Positions 1 to 22,861 of a stretch of DNA of 64,000 nucleotides are shown in pieces; position 1 is the first letter of the stretch, and the number at the start of each line of letters is the position of its first letter. Source of the DNA: Phaeosaccion multiseriatum (taxonomy: Eukaryota > Protista > Ochrophyta, other classes); the NCBI GenBank assembly GCA_965112735.1, contig OZ218954.1, positions 3,348,001 through 3,412,000 of the forward strand, read 5' to 3'. Below the pieces are notes generated by a model. The model ran no database searches. It was not told the DNA's origin and saw only the letters and a program-made list of their open reading frames with translations. The position numbers and the translations under genes are program-made.

Positions 1-137
1 TACCGTATCAATCTACCTCTTCTCGCTCGGCCCCGAGTCGCATTCGGAACAAATCCTCCTTCTCCCCGCAAATACTCACCCTCCACTCCACTCCACTCCA
101 TTGACCCCTCATCCCCCCCCCCCCCCTCCTCATGCAG

Positions 138-1695
138 GTGGTGGTGCCGGTGGATGCTCTGTCCACCCTCTCTCTGTCCATCAGCATGGTGGGCTTCGCC
201 AAGATCATGGAGCAGGGCGGAGAGGAGCTCCTCAAGTCACAATACGGAGCGTTGGTCGCTCCTGCAGCGCCGGGATACGACCTCACCCTCACAGTGGACC
301 TGGAAGCGCCACCCATGCCCGCAGAGACCGTGCTGACGCTGTGAGTCTAGTCGGCGCTTGCTTGTGTTCTTAACTTACCTGCTTTTGTTGCTTGCTTACC
401 TTCGTTTGGCTTGTGCTGGCTTCTGCTTGCCTGAGCTCGCTGGCTGGCTTGCTTGCTTGCTTGCTTGCTTCATTCCTCTCGTTGCGTTGCGCGCTCGCCA
501 CTCCACGTCCAATCGCTTGTACGGTTCTCAGCCTCCACTTTGATCCACTCAAACACTCAAACATCCACTCGTTTTCACTCGCCCGCTTGCTCACTCCCTC
601 ACTCCCCACCCCTCCCCTCCCTCCCTCCCTTAAGCCTGACGGAGGTGAAGCGCAACCTCCAGGGGCTGCTCCTGACGAGGGCCTTCACCTCTCTCCTCAA
701 GGGCACCGCGTCATCCCTGCCCATGCTGACAGTCTGTTGGAGGAAGTCGGGGGAGACGGTCTACATCGTCCCTCAGGTAAGGCTCCATTCGTTGAAACGC
801 TTGAAACGCTTCAATTTAGGGCCGGGGGGGGGGGGGGGCGGGGCTTCTCTTGCTTTTTCTCCGTCTCTCTCCCTCACCCTACTCACCCACCTGTCTTTCC
901 CTTCAACACTCTCTCCTTTCCTCTCCCTCTGCCCCCCCTCTCTCTTTCCCTCTCTCCTCCTTCCCCTCTCGTAGACGGACCGTGTAACTGTGATATTCGG
1001 GGTCGACTTTCCCGAGGACGACGAGAAGGCGCTCTCTAAGGTAAGCAAGGGTCCCACCGCATACCTTGTACTTGGTGCCCTAATGTATACCCCGTACCTG
1101 GACCCGATTCATACCCTATGTACAGCACGTGGTTGTTGTCACGCTGTTGGCGGTGGTGCTGCTGCTGATATTGCTTCTCTCCCTGCTTTCTGTGTATCCC
1201 CTGCCGTCATTGCAACAACATCCACACACACGCATGCACACACGTACACACAACCACCCCCCCACAATCACCCACCCACCCACATGCACGCACGTGCACG
1301 CACATAAACACACACACAAACGACACACCCACTCAAAACCACACACACGCACGCACACACCCAACCACCCACAATCACCTAACCCCCCCCCCCACACACA
1401 CACACTCACACAACCACCCACCCACAATCACCCACACACAATCCCACCCATACTACGCACGCACGCACTCACACACACACACGCACAACCGCCCACCCAC
1501 CCACAATCACGCACACACACACACACACACACACACATGCCCCCAGGTGTTCCTGATGGAGTTTGCCGACGCGCAGCGCGGTGCCAACAACTCCCCACCC
1601 TGCAGCTTCACCCCAGAGCCCCCCCTGGAGCTGCAGGGCGTCAGCATGGACCCACGGAATGTTCCCGGGGTAGGGTACCTCACTTTCGGTGCGTG

Positions 1696-1742
<47 letters not shown>

Positions 1743-2704
1743 GGAAAGAGGAATGGAAGGAGGAGTGGCAAAGCCAAAACTGTCCTTACTATCTCACTAC
1801 CTTTCATTGAGCTCAACTTGTACCCCGAGTGTGGGATGAGGAGGAGGAGGAGGAGGAGGAGGAGGAGGAGGAGGAGGAGGAGGAGGAGGAGGAGGAGGAG
1901 GAGGAGGAGGAGGAGGAGGAGGAGGATAGAGTTTTTTTTTGTGGTGTTGAGGTATCCGCGGCCGGACAAGAGGAGGGCGAGGAGGGAGAGGTGGTTGGTT
2001 TCGTTTTCAGCTCGTCCGACCGATCCCTTTGTACTCTGCCGGCTCATCAATCGAATCAACACTGGTCATTGTCTGCCATCGCACGCACGAACGCATGACG
2101 ACGACGACCCCGCAGTGATTTTCCCGCAGCACGTGGAGGGAGATCGAATGGACAAGACAATCACCCTTCTGGCGGGTTTCCGGACCTACCTCCACTACCA
2201 CATCAAGGCCACAAAGACATACATGCATATGCGCATGAGGAAGAGATGTGTCAGCCTACTGCAGGGTGAGTGGAGGGGAGGCGAGGGGAGGGAGGGAGGG
2301 AGGGAGGGAGGGAGGGAGGGACGGAGAGCTTCCCCTCAGTTGAGGTGTGTTCCTCGTCTCACTCCCTCTCTTTTCTCTCAGTCTCCCTCTCTGTGTGTCT
2401 GTCTGTCTGTCTGTCCGTCTGTCTGTCTGTCTGTCTGTCTGGCGCTCCCTCTCTGCACCCCCCTCTGCCTTTCACTCCCATTTTTTTTCTCTCTCCTTCT
2501 CTCTTTTATGTGTCTGAATCTCCCATTCTGTGCCTCCCTGTCTCTCTCCCTCCCTCCCTCCCTCTTCCTCTGTCTCTCCTATCCGAACCACCTCCAGTGC
2601 TGAACCGCGCCATTCCAGACGAGGAGAAGGAAAAGAAGACAATCCAAGGAAAGACATTTAGGAGAGACGGCAGCAGCGGCAGCAGCAGCACTGTAACCGC
2701 ATGA
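138..2704 (+). CDS. ARPC2: Arp2/3 complex subunit 2 (p34-Arc), 5' end not resolved; exons 138-340, 635-776, 975-1040, 1547-1688, 2116-2265, 2598-2704
   Basis: GT-AG splicing joins frames into DRVTVIFGVDF..KVFLMEF..F.PEPPLEL..FRTYLHYHIKATKTYMHMRMR..VLNRAIPD..KKTIQGKTF, the hallmark ARPC2 motifs. Confidence 0.93.
1697..1926. repeat. (GTT)n and (GAG)n microsatellites inside an ARPC2 intron
   Basis: Directly visible pure triplet runs. Confidence 0.9.
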
Positions 2705-2991
2705 TTGCACTTCACCTTTTCGCCATAAAATATATAATATTATTTTGACATCTTCGTATCTCTGTCCTCCCCCCTCCCTCCCCCCCCCACCCTCTCTCTC
2801 CCTGTACGTGTGGGGGTATATATCACCACCCCACACATACTCTTTCATTGATTGATATGCGTTTGAATGACGCATATACTCCGTTCTACTGTGTTATGTA
2901 TGTACGTATGTATGTATGTACGTGTGGAAGCCGCCCCCCCCGCCGCATCCAACCCCTTTGGATTCCCCTGCCTCGCGTTTGGCGGATTGCC

Positions 2992-3205
2992 TACGTAGTG
3001 CTTACGCGGTGCTTACGTACCCATCTTCCAGCTGGTGGGCCTCTCCAACCCGTCTCGCCTCCGTCCGACCGTGCGTGCGACCCCACCCCTGGCCCACCTC
3101 TTCCTTACGTAGTGCTTACGTGGTGCTTACGTTCCCATCCTCCAGCTCGTGGGCCTCTCCCACCCGTCGCCCCCGTCCGATCCGTCGTCGGATCCCAACC
3201 CCTCG
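2992..3205. repeat. Imperfect tandem duplication (unit about 114 bp) overlapping the stop codon of the vWA gene
   Basis: TACGTAGTGCTTACG.GGTGCTTACGT.CCCATC.TCCAGCT.GTGGGCCTCTCC.ACCCGTC starts at 2992 and again at 3106. Confidence 0.85.
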
Positions 3206-3602
3206 TCGTGAAAGTCGAGCCCTCCGATATCGGGAGCCCCAGCCTGAATATGGACATCGAGGTTCCCCGCCTTAGCAGCAGCCTTAGCAGCCTTCTTGCC
3301 CATCTTGCCTGTACGCTTCTCCTTCTCCTTCTTCTTCTTCTCCTTCTCATCCCCGCCCCCCTCCCCTCCGTGATCGCTCCCAATAAAGAGTGGATTGCCC
3401 CCCGGGGTCACCACGCTGCTGCTCTTGGGGTGCCCTGCGGGGACCCCAAGCTTGCCCCCCCCCTCTCCTGCCCTCCCAAACATGCCCTCTTGGTCATCAT
3501 CAACATCCTCCCCGACCCCACTCACCAGCCCATCCCCTTCCGAGGAGGCGAGAGAGTACTTGCCACGACCATCTCCTCCTCCCACCGTCTTCCCACCACC
3601 AC

Positions 3603-3640
<38 letters not shown>

Positions 3641-4891
3641 GCAGCTGCTGTCGCGGTCGCTGTATCACCAACTACTGCGGCACTGCTCCTCCTCCTGGCC
3701 GCAGATGCCGCAGAGCTGGCTCGTCTCTTGGCCACCATCTTGGGCACGTCAATTCCCACGGCAATGTAGGCCGTCTCGTACAAGAGAGACATGTGTCGCG
3801 ATCGAGGCTCCATCATGTCATCTCTGTGTGCCTCCGCCTCCCTCCTCTTGGCCAGCTCCTTCCTCCTCATCTTCATCCGCCACCCACACCCCATACACCC
3901 GCACCACACCACCAAGAGCACGCCCATACACACCAGCGACCACCAATACACGGGGTCTCCGAGCTGGTATGGATCTTGAGGTGAGCTCGCCACGCTCAAG
4001 TCCACATCCTTGCCATCCGCCGTAGTGGGGTCGTCGTTCGCAGCCTGGTTCTCCACGGTGACGGTTACATCAATGGCGTAGACTTGAACTGCGTCCGTTG
4101 AGACACCGATTCCGGACACGAGCTTGATGAAGTTGGGCCCCTGCACGAAAGCCGAGATGGCAGCGGATGCCTCTTGGCTGGGGTTGAGGCCTCCTCCTCC
4201 ACCTCCTCCTTGTTGCTGAGAGGAGGAGGAGGAGGAATCGATGTCGACATCGAGATTGACATCGAGATTACGATTGCGATTGCCGTTGGCTATGTCTGTG
4301 ATGGTGCCGTAGAAGGTCCGCTGAAAGGTGGCCGTGAGGTCGCACTCCTCTGCCGCCTGAGAGTGTGGCATCTGCCGACATTCGCAATACTCTGGATTAT
4401 AGCACACCTTCCCTGCCCGCAGATCTTCATACAAGAGGGAGCTGCAGTCCTCCGACGCGTGCGAAAGGCATGCGTCGTAGTCGAAGGCATCGCCGTCCCC
4501 GAACAAGCCCGTGTCTTGGTTCTCTTCCTCCGCTCGGTCCTCCTGTCGGTCCTCCTCCTCCTGCTCGAGCCTCCTCCCCCTCCCTCGCCTGTTACGCTCA
4601 CCACCTTCACCAATAGTAGTAGTAGAAGTAGTAGTAGTAGTGGCGGTGGTGGTGGTGGTGGTAGTAGTGCTGTTGCTGCTATCGTTTCGTCCTCCTGCAG
4701 TGACGGGGCTGGGGGTGGAACCATCACCGCCACCGCCGCCGGAAGAAGAAGAGATGAGATCCACCGTCTTACTCACGTTCATCACTTCGAAACCGTCGTA
4801 GCCCCATGCCTCTCCCAGCGACACCTCAAGCTCATGTGTGAAGTCGGCACTTTGCCTCCTCCCCAGCACCCGCACAGTGCCGTGCAGGATA

Positions 4892-4945
<54 letters not shown>

Positions 4946-5685
4946 GTGTGTTTGTGTGTGTGTGTGTGAGAGTGCAAGGCGTAAAGCGCCGAGCAGGCCG
5001 TCAGTTGTCAGTTGTCAGAGGGAAGTGGGAAATCGATCTAGAGATTTACAAAACAATGGCCGAAACCTAACGACGAACACGTCGAACAGCGACAGAGATA
5101 TGCTTCATTCAAAGCCTGTTGCTGCCTAACGCTTGCCCACCTGGTTCTCCGCCGCAAAGTTGCTCGGGAAGCAAACGTCGTCGCCAACTTCTTCCCGTTC
5201 AATGCAAATGAGCGGCGCTGAAGCCGCCTCAGGGGCTGGCGTTGGAGCCGGAGATGTAGGGGCAGGCGTGGGAACCTCTGTTTGTTGTCGTACACGGGTG
5301 GTTCGGGGAAGCAGGGTTTAGAATGGAAGTTGAGGTGGTGAGGGGCATAGAGAAGGGGAACGGGAAGTGCAAGGGCAAGGGAAAGGGCACGCTCACCCGT
5401 TGGCGTCGAGGTGGGCACCGCTGTAGGCGCGGCGGAGGTCGGGGCCTCAGTAGCGAGCGCCACACAAGAGCTGTCCTCATCCACCACGGTCAAACTCAAG
5501 CCCGTATAAGGGACGAGGTTAGGTAAGTGACCCTCGGCGTCAAAGTAGACTAATGCGGAGTGCACGCTGACGTCATAGCTGACGTCAGAGCTGACGTCAG
5601 AGCTGCCCGCCCCGCCCCTCGGGAGGTCGTCGCAACCGCAGAAGTCAAAGGTGTAGTTGAGCTGGACCGTCTGCGCCTGTGTGTG

Positions 5686-5726
<41 letters not shown>

Positions 5727-6377
5727 GTGTGTCTGTGAGTGCATGTGTGAAGGAAATCTCTCTCACTCTCCCCACATCCCTCCTCTTCTCTCCCCGAAGG
5801 ACCCTTGTCCATAAGTCAACCAACCAATCAATCAATCAATCAATCAATCATCAATGACTTACGAACCAAAGACCAAGCCCCATACTATCGTCTACCTGAA
5901 GAGAGCCCAGCTCCCACTCCAAGCTCCGTCCCGTCTCGCTCTCCAGCGTCGCAAACGTCCCTCCTGTGCTCGAAACCGCCACCTCTGCAATCCCGGGCAT
6001 CTCCTCGGACACCGACACGCTCAACGTAGCGTCATGCACACAGGGGTAGGTGATGGTCGTGCTAATCTCTCTCGCCAGCACCGAGTTAAGTGCAGTGAAG
6101 TTCTGTACGGAAAAATATTCATTGTCGGGGCCCGAGATGGCCTGTAGAGTGTCCTGGCTGACGGCGGTGGTGAGGCCCACGGCAAAAACTTCGATGCCGT
6201 AGGCGCGGGCCAAATCGGCCTTTTCGGCGGCGTTGTACCCCACGTTTTCGTTGCCGTCGGTGAATACAATCATCACCTAGGGGGGGAGGGGGGGCGAGGG
6301 AGAGAGACAGAGAGGCAGAGAGAGAGACAGAGAGACAGAGAGAGAGACAGAGAGACAGAGAGAGAGACAGAGAGAGG

Positions 6378-6415
<38 letters not shown>

Positions 6416-8821
6416 GATTGAGGGCCAGAGAGAGAGAGAAAGAGAGAAAGAGGGTGAGAAGAGACCCAAGAGAGTGATGAGAATTGTGAACGACCGTCGA
6501 CCGGTCCTTGTTGTTTTGTTGTTGTTGTTGTTGTTGTTGTTGGGAGGAAGAGGAGGACCACTGTATGCTTACCTGCCGATGCTCCTCGTTGTCAAGCACA
6601 GCCGCATCCATGTCCACCAGCAAGCCTGTCGCGACCGAAATGGCCGCTCCGATGGCGGTCGTGCCCCTCGAATACGTCAGTGAACTCATGGCCGCTTCAA
6701 AGGTTTCCACGGAGGTGAAGGTGCCGTTTTGATGACCATCGACGGCGTTTGCGGTACTCGAGAACTCGACAAAGCCCACAGCACCTCCGAGGGCGAAGAG
6801 GTTCAGGGTGGTGTCGAGTTTGTTGACGAGGTCGACGGCGAAGGCAAGTTGCTTGGCGTAGCACTCCTGTGGTGATTGCGTTTGGTTGGTTGATTGGTGA
6901 TTGATTGATCGATTTATTGATTCGTGGTGGTTATGGTGGTGGTGGTGATGAGACGACCGGGATAATGATGATGAGGGCGGTGGTGGTGGTGGAGGAGGAG
7001 GAGGAGGAGGAGGAGGAGGAGGAGGAGGAGGAGGAGGAGGAGGAGGAGGAGGAGGAGGAGGAGGAGGAGGAGGAGGAGGAGGAGGAGGAGGAGGAGGAGG
7101 AGGAGGAGGAGGAGGAGGAGGAGGAGGAGGAGGAGGAGGAGGAGGAGGAGGAGGAGGAGGAGGAGGAGGAGGAGGAGGAGGAGGAGGAGGAGGAGGAGGA
7201 GGAGGAGGAGGAGGAGGAGGAGGAGGAGGAGGAGGAGGAGGAGGAGGAGGAGGAGGAGGAGGAGGAGGAGGAGGAGGAGGAGGAGGAGGAGGAGGAGGAG
7301 GAGGAGGAGGAGGAGGAGGAGGAGGAGGAGGAGGAGGAGGAGGAGGAGGAGGAGGAGGAGGAGGAGGAGGAGGAGGAGGAGGAGGAGGAGGAGGAGGAGG
7401 AGGAGGAGGAGGAGGAGGAGGAGGAGGAGGAGGAGGAGGAGGAGGAGGAGGAGGAGGAGGAGGAGGAGGAGGAGAAGAAGAAGGAGGAGGAGGAGGAGGA
7501 GGAGGAGGAGGAGGAGGAGGAGGAGGAGGAGGAGGAGGAGGAGGAGGAGGAGGAGGAGGAGGAGGTTGCGATGGTGAAACAGAGGCATGTGGGAAGGTAG
7601 GCAGGCACTCCTGGCGGTCTTGACACCTCCTCCTCCTCCTCCTCCTCCTCCTCCTCCTCCTCCTCCCTCCTCACCTTTTCCCCGTGCTCGTCTTCAAAAT
7701 CGCACGCGTCGCTGTTGATGGAGCCCGACTCATCAAGCACCACCACCAGGTCGAACACATCCGAGTCCTCGTACGAGCGTGACAACGCGGAAACCTCCCA
7801 CGAAACGGTCATTTGCTCACAGCTGCCAGCAGCCCCTCCCTCTCCCTCCTGCCCGGAGACGCTCACCTCTGTCCTGCTCATGGACGCAGCGAGGGACAGG
7901 CAGGAGGCGAGCGCGAACTCTACCACAGCAACGTCTACAGCAGTCTCAGTGGTGGTGATGGTGGCGCTGTTGGTGATGCTGTTGGTGTTGATGGCGGTTG
8001 CGTTGGCGGTGGTGGTGGTGGTGAGGGTGAACTCGTTGGCAGCGAGCGCCACAATAACGTTGGACAGGGCCAGAGTGTTCTGTCCAGTGGCGACCCCGCC
8101 GGCGGAGAGGTCGTCCAGAAGCCCGTACTGGCAGTGGATAGATCAACGGGAGAGAAGGGGCGTCAGACACTTTCGTGGATAAAGTTCAAAGGCAGTGTTG
8201 TTCAGTCTCTCTCTCTCTATCCATCTCTATCTCTCTCTCAATCATTCTTCCTCGTACTTACTCCCTCTGTGCAACTCCTCCATGCGGTTCGCCTCCCCCT
8301 GGGCTGACTGATCCCTCTCTCTCTCCTTCTCTCTCTAGCTCTAGCTCTAGCTCTCTTTTCCTCCCTCCCTCCCTCCCTACCTCCCTTCCTTCCTTCCTTC
8401 CTTCCTCGCTGCTCACCTCGTCACCATCGAGGTTCTCCAGACCATCAAGACTGATAAGGACATCGTCAGCGTCGTCGCTGGGAGTCCCGTTATCGTCCAC
8501 CAAGTAAAGTCCGAACAGATTGTAGCTGCCAGTGTTCGTCACCGAGTAGCAGTAGATTACAGAGTCCTCTTCCGTAAGCCCCACGCCCACGAGGCTCGAC
8601 GTGAAATTCCCTACCGCTGTACAGCCCCTTTCGCTTCCCTCTACAACCCTCACGTTCACTTCAAGATCAGCAGAGACCGGCCCAACGAGGAAGCAGCAAG
8701 TGGCGAGAGCAAGAACTGTGAGGAGATGGAGGAGATTTCTAGTAGTTTCCTTCTCTCCTGCTGCTGGTATGAAGGGATGCTGTTGTCGTGCCTGCCGACG
8801 TGAGAAAGGTGAGCGAGCCAT
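3127..8821 (-). CDS. Type I membrane protein: N-terminal hydrophobic segment, bacterial-type repeat module (DUF11/DUF7507-like), vWA domain, PT-rich stalk, Cys-rich region, TM helix, cytoplasmic tail; exons 8821-8417, 8127-7675, 6866-6573, 6276-5896, 5676-5397, 5277-5141, 4893-3127
   Basis: MIDAS motif LVVVLDESGSI plus GTTAIGAAI and IVFTDG..GIEVFAVG; YCYSVTNTG..LVDDNGTPSDDADD; TM WWSLVCMGVLLVVWCGCMGCGW; all junctions are GT-AG and phase-compatible. Confidence 0.82.
6992..7564. repeat. About 570 bp nearly pure (GAG)n tract in an intron of the vWA gene
   Basis: Visible; only interruption is a short AAG block near 7475-7483. Confidence 0.95.
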
Positions 8822-9160
8822 CGCCTCCTTCTCTTGGCTGGCCCTCGCAAATCTAAATCTTCCTCGACTGGATTTCTTTCCTCGCCTGCCTCCTCCAGCA
8901 GAGGTCCTGCTTAGCACACCCCTGGTCTACACAGCGTGAAGCGGCATGCTCGCATCCTCTATTAACAGCCTCAGTCTACTAGTAAGTGGGGGCTCCGAAA
9001 ACATAATCCAATGAAAAGAAACGGACCGTTACACGCGAATGGGTTTGACACACCCCTCCCCTCTTCTGCTGCTACAGCTACTGTTTCTCCTGCTGCAGTG
9101 GCTCCACGCTGAACTGCTGAGGCGAGGCGCAGTAGCAGCAGCGTAGAGGTTCAGGGGGAG

Positions 9161-18982
<9,822 letters not shown>

Positions 18983-19498
18983 AGGCGGCGAGAGCACCGA
19001 GAGCATCACTGACGGAGGGAAAAGTTGGGCTCATGAATGTGAAGCGACACACTGATGGATGTGAAGCGACACACTGGAGGAGGAAAGAGGTGGGCTGATG
19101 TATGTGAAGCAAGGCGAGAGAAGGACTTGTAAAACAATAGAAACAGTCTGGCCGTTTGAGTGATATCGTAGAGGAAACAGTCGGGCTGAGGTCCTGCCCC
19201 GACGGGAAGGTGTCGGGTGTGTCACAGACCAAAAACAGGGGTCCAAACACCCCACGGAACGAAGAGAGCGTGGATGAGACACATGAAACAAAGATGAAAT
19301 AACAACAGCGACTTTTTTTTCCTTCTTGCTTCTACTATCGTACACGATACACCTCATTTCAAAAAGCCCCCATCTCGACCTCCTCCTCCGCACACACGCA
19401 CACATGCACACACGCCTCAAAAGAACCAAAATTGTATAAGACTTACCACAGTCCCAAAAAAAAAATGTCATACCATGTCAACAAAAAACGTCATCATG

Positions 19499-21329
19499 TC
19501 ATTGCTTTGGCTTGCCCGTTGCCACGTCAAAGTTCCGTGGCCACCAGTGAGGCAGATACGGCACCACTCCAAGCCTAAGCCCGCCCCGCCCCTCCTCCTC
19601 CTCCTCCTCCTCCTCCTGCCCTCCTTCCTCCCCGGCGGGGGCGGGGGCCAGGGCACTGGCACTCATATTCACACTCAAGCTCACCGGTTTCCGGCCCAGC
19701 ACGTGCTCGAGACGGAGCATCGCGAGCCCAACCTTACCCCCCGGGGCCACGGCCACGAGAGTGCCCACCGCTCGCCCCCCCTCGGGATGGGCCAAGTCCA
19801 CCACTTCCGCCCCCACCAACGCTCCAGCAGCTTCGAGGGCTGCTGCTGCTCCTCCTCCTCCTCCTCCTGCTCCTCCTCCTCCTCCTCCTGCTGCTGCTGC
19901 TGCTGTTGCTGTTGCTGCGGCGGCGGCGGCGGCGGCTTCCACCGCAAGGTGACCAAACATCGAGGCGTCCATCTTTCCACGAGAGATCAGCGCCGGAGTG
20001 GGTACTGATGTTGCATCACCACCATCATCAGGCCACAACAGCCGGCAAGGCAAGAGACGCTTCCGAACCCGACCCTTGAATTGGGTCCGTGCCGTCAGCT
20101 CCTGACCCAAATAGCACCCCTTGGTGAAGGAAATGTGCCGGACAAGGTCGAGATTCACCTCCATAGGGATACGGTCCACCAATTCAGACCCCTCTCCAAC
20201 GGCAGACGCCATACGAACACACTCAAACACGCCCTCTGATACCTCCCTCTTGCTACTGCTACTGCTGCCGCCGCTACTGCTACTACTACTGCTACTGCTA
20301 CTGCTGCTGCTACTGCCATGGCCGTGAGCAGCCAGGAGAGCCGAGATAGCGGTGCTATTCACGCTTCCGTCCGGCTGCCGGGCCACCACCGCTCGAACTC
20401 CGAGGCTGCTCGCTCGAGGGTCCGCATACAGAGCGGTGATGCTACCCCCATGGGCGGGAGATTGTACCACCTTTGCTAAGTCTTCCGCCACTGCCCCCGC
20501 CGCCCCTGATCCCTCCTCCTCCTCCTCCTCCTCCTCCTCCTCCTCCTCCTCCTCCTCCTTCTCCTCCTGCAGCTGCTGCTGCTGTATCACCAATTGCTGG
20601 TGCTGGGGTAGAAAGCCCCCCACAAGCACCTCCAACTCGCTGGACTTGTCTTTGATTTTGCACTTGGAGCGTAGCTTGTACAACTTAAGGTTGCGCAAGA
20701 GGGAGTGAAGCTGGGCCCGCGGGCAGTCCAAGTAGAAGCTGCTGTCCGCCTTCTCATCGTTCTCCTTATCATCATCAGAAGAAGAGGGCGACCGAATGAT
20801 CAAAGACTCCGATAGAACTCTCCCCTGAGCAGAGAAGAGAAGGAAGGGCAAGCACACGAGCAGCAATGAGAAGTGAGGGAGGAGTTCTTGGGTTGTGTTT
20901 ATGCGTCTCTGCACGATTAATATTCCGGGGGAAGGGAGGGGATGTGGAAGTAGGCTGAAGGCCTATCTGTAGGGCCGGTATACCCCCTCTCCCTCTCCGC
21001 CGCCGTTCCTCTCTTCTCCCCTCTCTGACGCACCTTTGTTGTCAAGAAGGCGGCTGCGAGGGCGGGGTTGGCATAGCTGAGCTTGCTGATGTCCTGAGTG
21101 ATCAGCCCCTGTAAGAGACGGGACGCGTCCGGCCCACTGCAAGCATAGCGGAGGGGCAGGGCGAGAAGAGAGAGAGCGAGGGAGAGGGAGAGAGGGTAAA
21201 AGATAGGGAGAAAGAGTAAGGAAGAGAGAAAAGGACCATATTTATAAAGCGTCGTTAACCCGCTCACCCTCACCTGATGTGCAAGACTCCTCGCTGGCTG
21301 AGGCGAGCGAAAGGCCCCGCAAAGGTCAT
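19499..21329 (-). CDS. IBA57: Iron-sulfur cluster assembly factor IBA57/CAF17 (YgfZ/GcvT family); exons 21329-21274, 21136-21034, 20824-19499; alternative in-frame ATG at 21455
   Basis: RGVLHISGPDASRLLQGLITQD, FLTTKGRVL, LKLYKLRSK, DPR, PMEVNLD, SFTKGCYLGQELTART..G.VRKRL (YgfZ signature KGCYxGQE). Confidence 0.92.
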
Positions 21330-21453
21330 CCTGCTTCTGTGGGATGACGTTCCTCGCTCTTGATTGTTAAATGACACTGGTCTGGGCCCCCGGGGTTTCT
21401 CACACTGCTCTCTTGCTCTCTCTGTCACCTTCATTGTGGATTGAGTGGAAGTC

Positions 21454-22861
21454 ATGGTGAGTGTCTCTCATCCTTCTCTTGTTGCACTCTCGCTATTGGG
21501 AGGGCGTTGCTGCTGCTCATGGTTAAATGGGCTCTGATAGCCGTGTAGAGGGCCCAAACAGGCCGACTGAAAAGGGGGAGAAAAAACTGCAGGGGCATAG
21601 AGGGAGGAGTGAGGGGGAAGAGAGTGGTGTGAGAATGGAGAGCACCTGAGGCATTGAAACTATTTGGCGGGCCCCCCTTCTCCCTTGTTCTGGCTTTCCT
21701 CTGAGTTGCCTATGCGTTTCATTGGGGTTGTGTCTGGGTGCGTTGGCAGTACTTTGCCTCCGGGAGTCAAGAGTAGAAGGAGGAAGATGGGAAATGATGT
21801 AGCTGAGTCTCGAAGGCAACCTTGTCGCTGTAGGCATGCTCTCTCTCTCTCTCTCTCTCTCTGTTGATGCATCCATCCCCAGCACATGTATTTCCATTGA
21901 TTTACGCCGCACAAAGCTCTGAATGCACGGCACCACCTGCTTCCTCCGCCCTCAATCGCCTTAAGCATCAACTCTCTTGCGCTTGATCTCTATCCATCCA
22001 TGGCCGCTCACCCTCTAGTCAATGCCTCATGTCCTTTACCCACCCGCTACACTGCATTGCCTGTGACGCATGCTCTCTCTCAATCACCCCCCTCTCACTC
22101 AGGCTGACGACGAACCCCATGACCCCATGCCCGCCGTCACGGAGGCATGCAAGCCCAAGTGCACCGCAGACTGGAAGGAGTACCAGGTATGGTAGTGGAG
22201 AGGCTCGGCGGTACTGGTACTGAAGGAGAGTGAAACTTTCTTTCAACAGAGCAACTCAGTACAGCCGAGAATAAAAAACGCCCCCTCCCCCCCCCCCCTT
22301 CGTCAACCGTTGTCCCCCCTTTCTTCGCCGCACTTGAGCCGTCGTTTCATCTTCTCACTTCCAAACATCGGTCCGCGGATATCTCACAACTCCCTCCCCC
22401 ACCCTCTTCCCCCTCCACAAGGATTGCGCCAAGCGGATTGAGAAGAAGGGCATTGGCGAGTGCGAGGCGTGGTACTTTGATTGGCTTCGTTGCGTTGACA
22501 AATGCGTAAGTCGGCCACTCCTCTTGCATCGCGTCCCGCAGCCACTGGATGCCTCTCTGTCTCCTTCCCTTCTCCCTCTCTCTCTCTCTCTCTCTATCTC
22601 TCGCTCTCTCTCTCTCTCTTCCCTCTCTCTCTCTCTCTTCTCCCTCTCTCTCTCTAGCTCTTCTCCCTCTCTCTCTCTCTCGGAAGTCGCCACTGCCCCC
22701 ATGCATCCATCGCGTCCGTCCATGTCTCCCCTGCCCCTCCCCCCTCCCCGTCACCACACACCCACGCACCTCTCTTCCATCTTTATACCTTGTTTGCGTA
22801 TTTGTTCTTTGATCTCTCTTTACCACAGGTCGCACCAGAAATTTTGAAACACACGAAATAG
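21454..22861 (+). CDS. QCR6: Cytochrome b-c1 complex hinge protein (subunit 6); exons 21454-21456 (ATG only, inferred), 22103-22186, 22422-22505, 22829-22861
   Basis: Spliced product M-ADDEPHDPMPAVTEACKPKCTADWKEYQDCAKRIEKKGIGECEAWYFDWLRCVDKCVAPEILKHTK matches the UCR_hinge cysteine pattern; missed by the ORF track. Confidence 0.9.

Noticed and set aside
2848-3984. 378-aa plus-strand ORF and similar long antisense ORFs
   Set aside because: Shadow frames of GC-rich coding exons on the opposite strand.
6905-7600. Poly-E, poly-L and poly-S ORFs
   Set aside because: Translations of an intronic (GAG)n tract; the flanking vWA exons splice around it.
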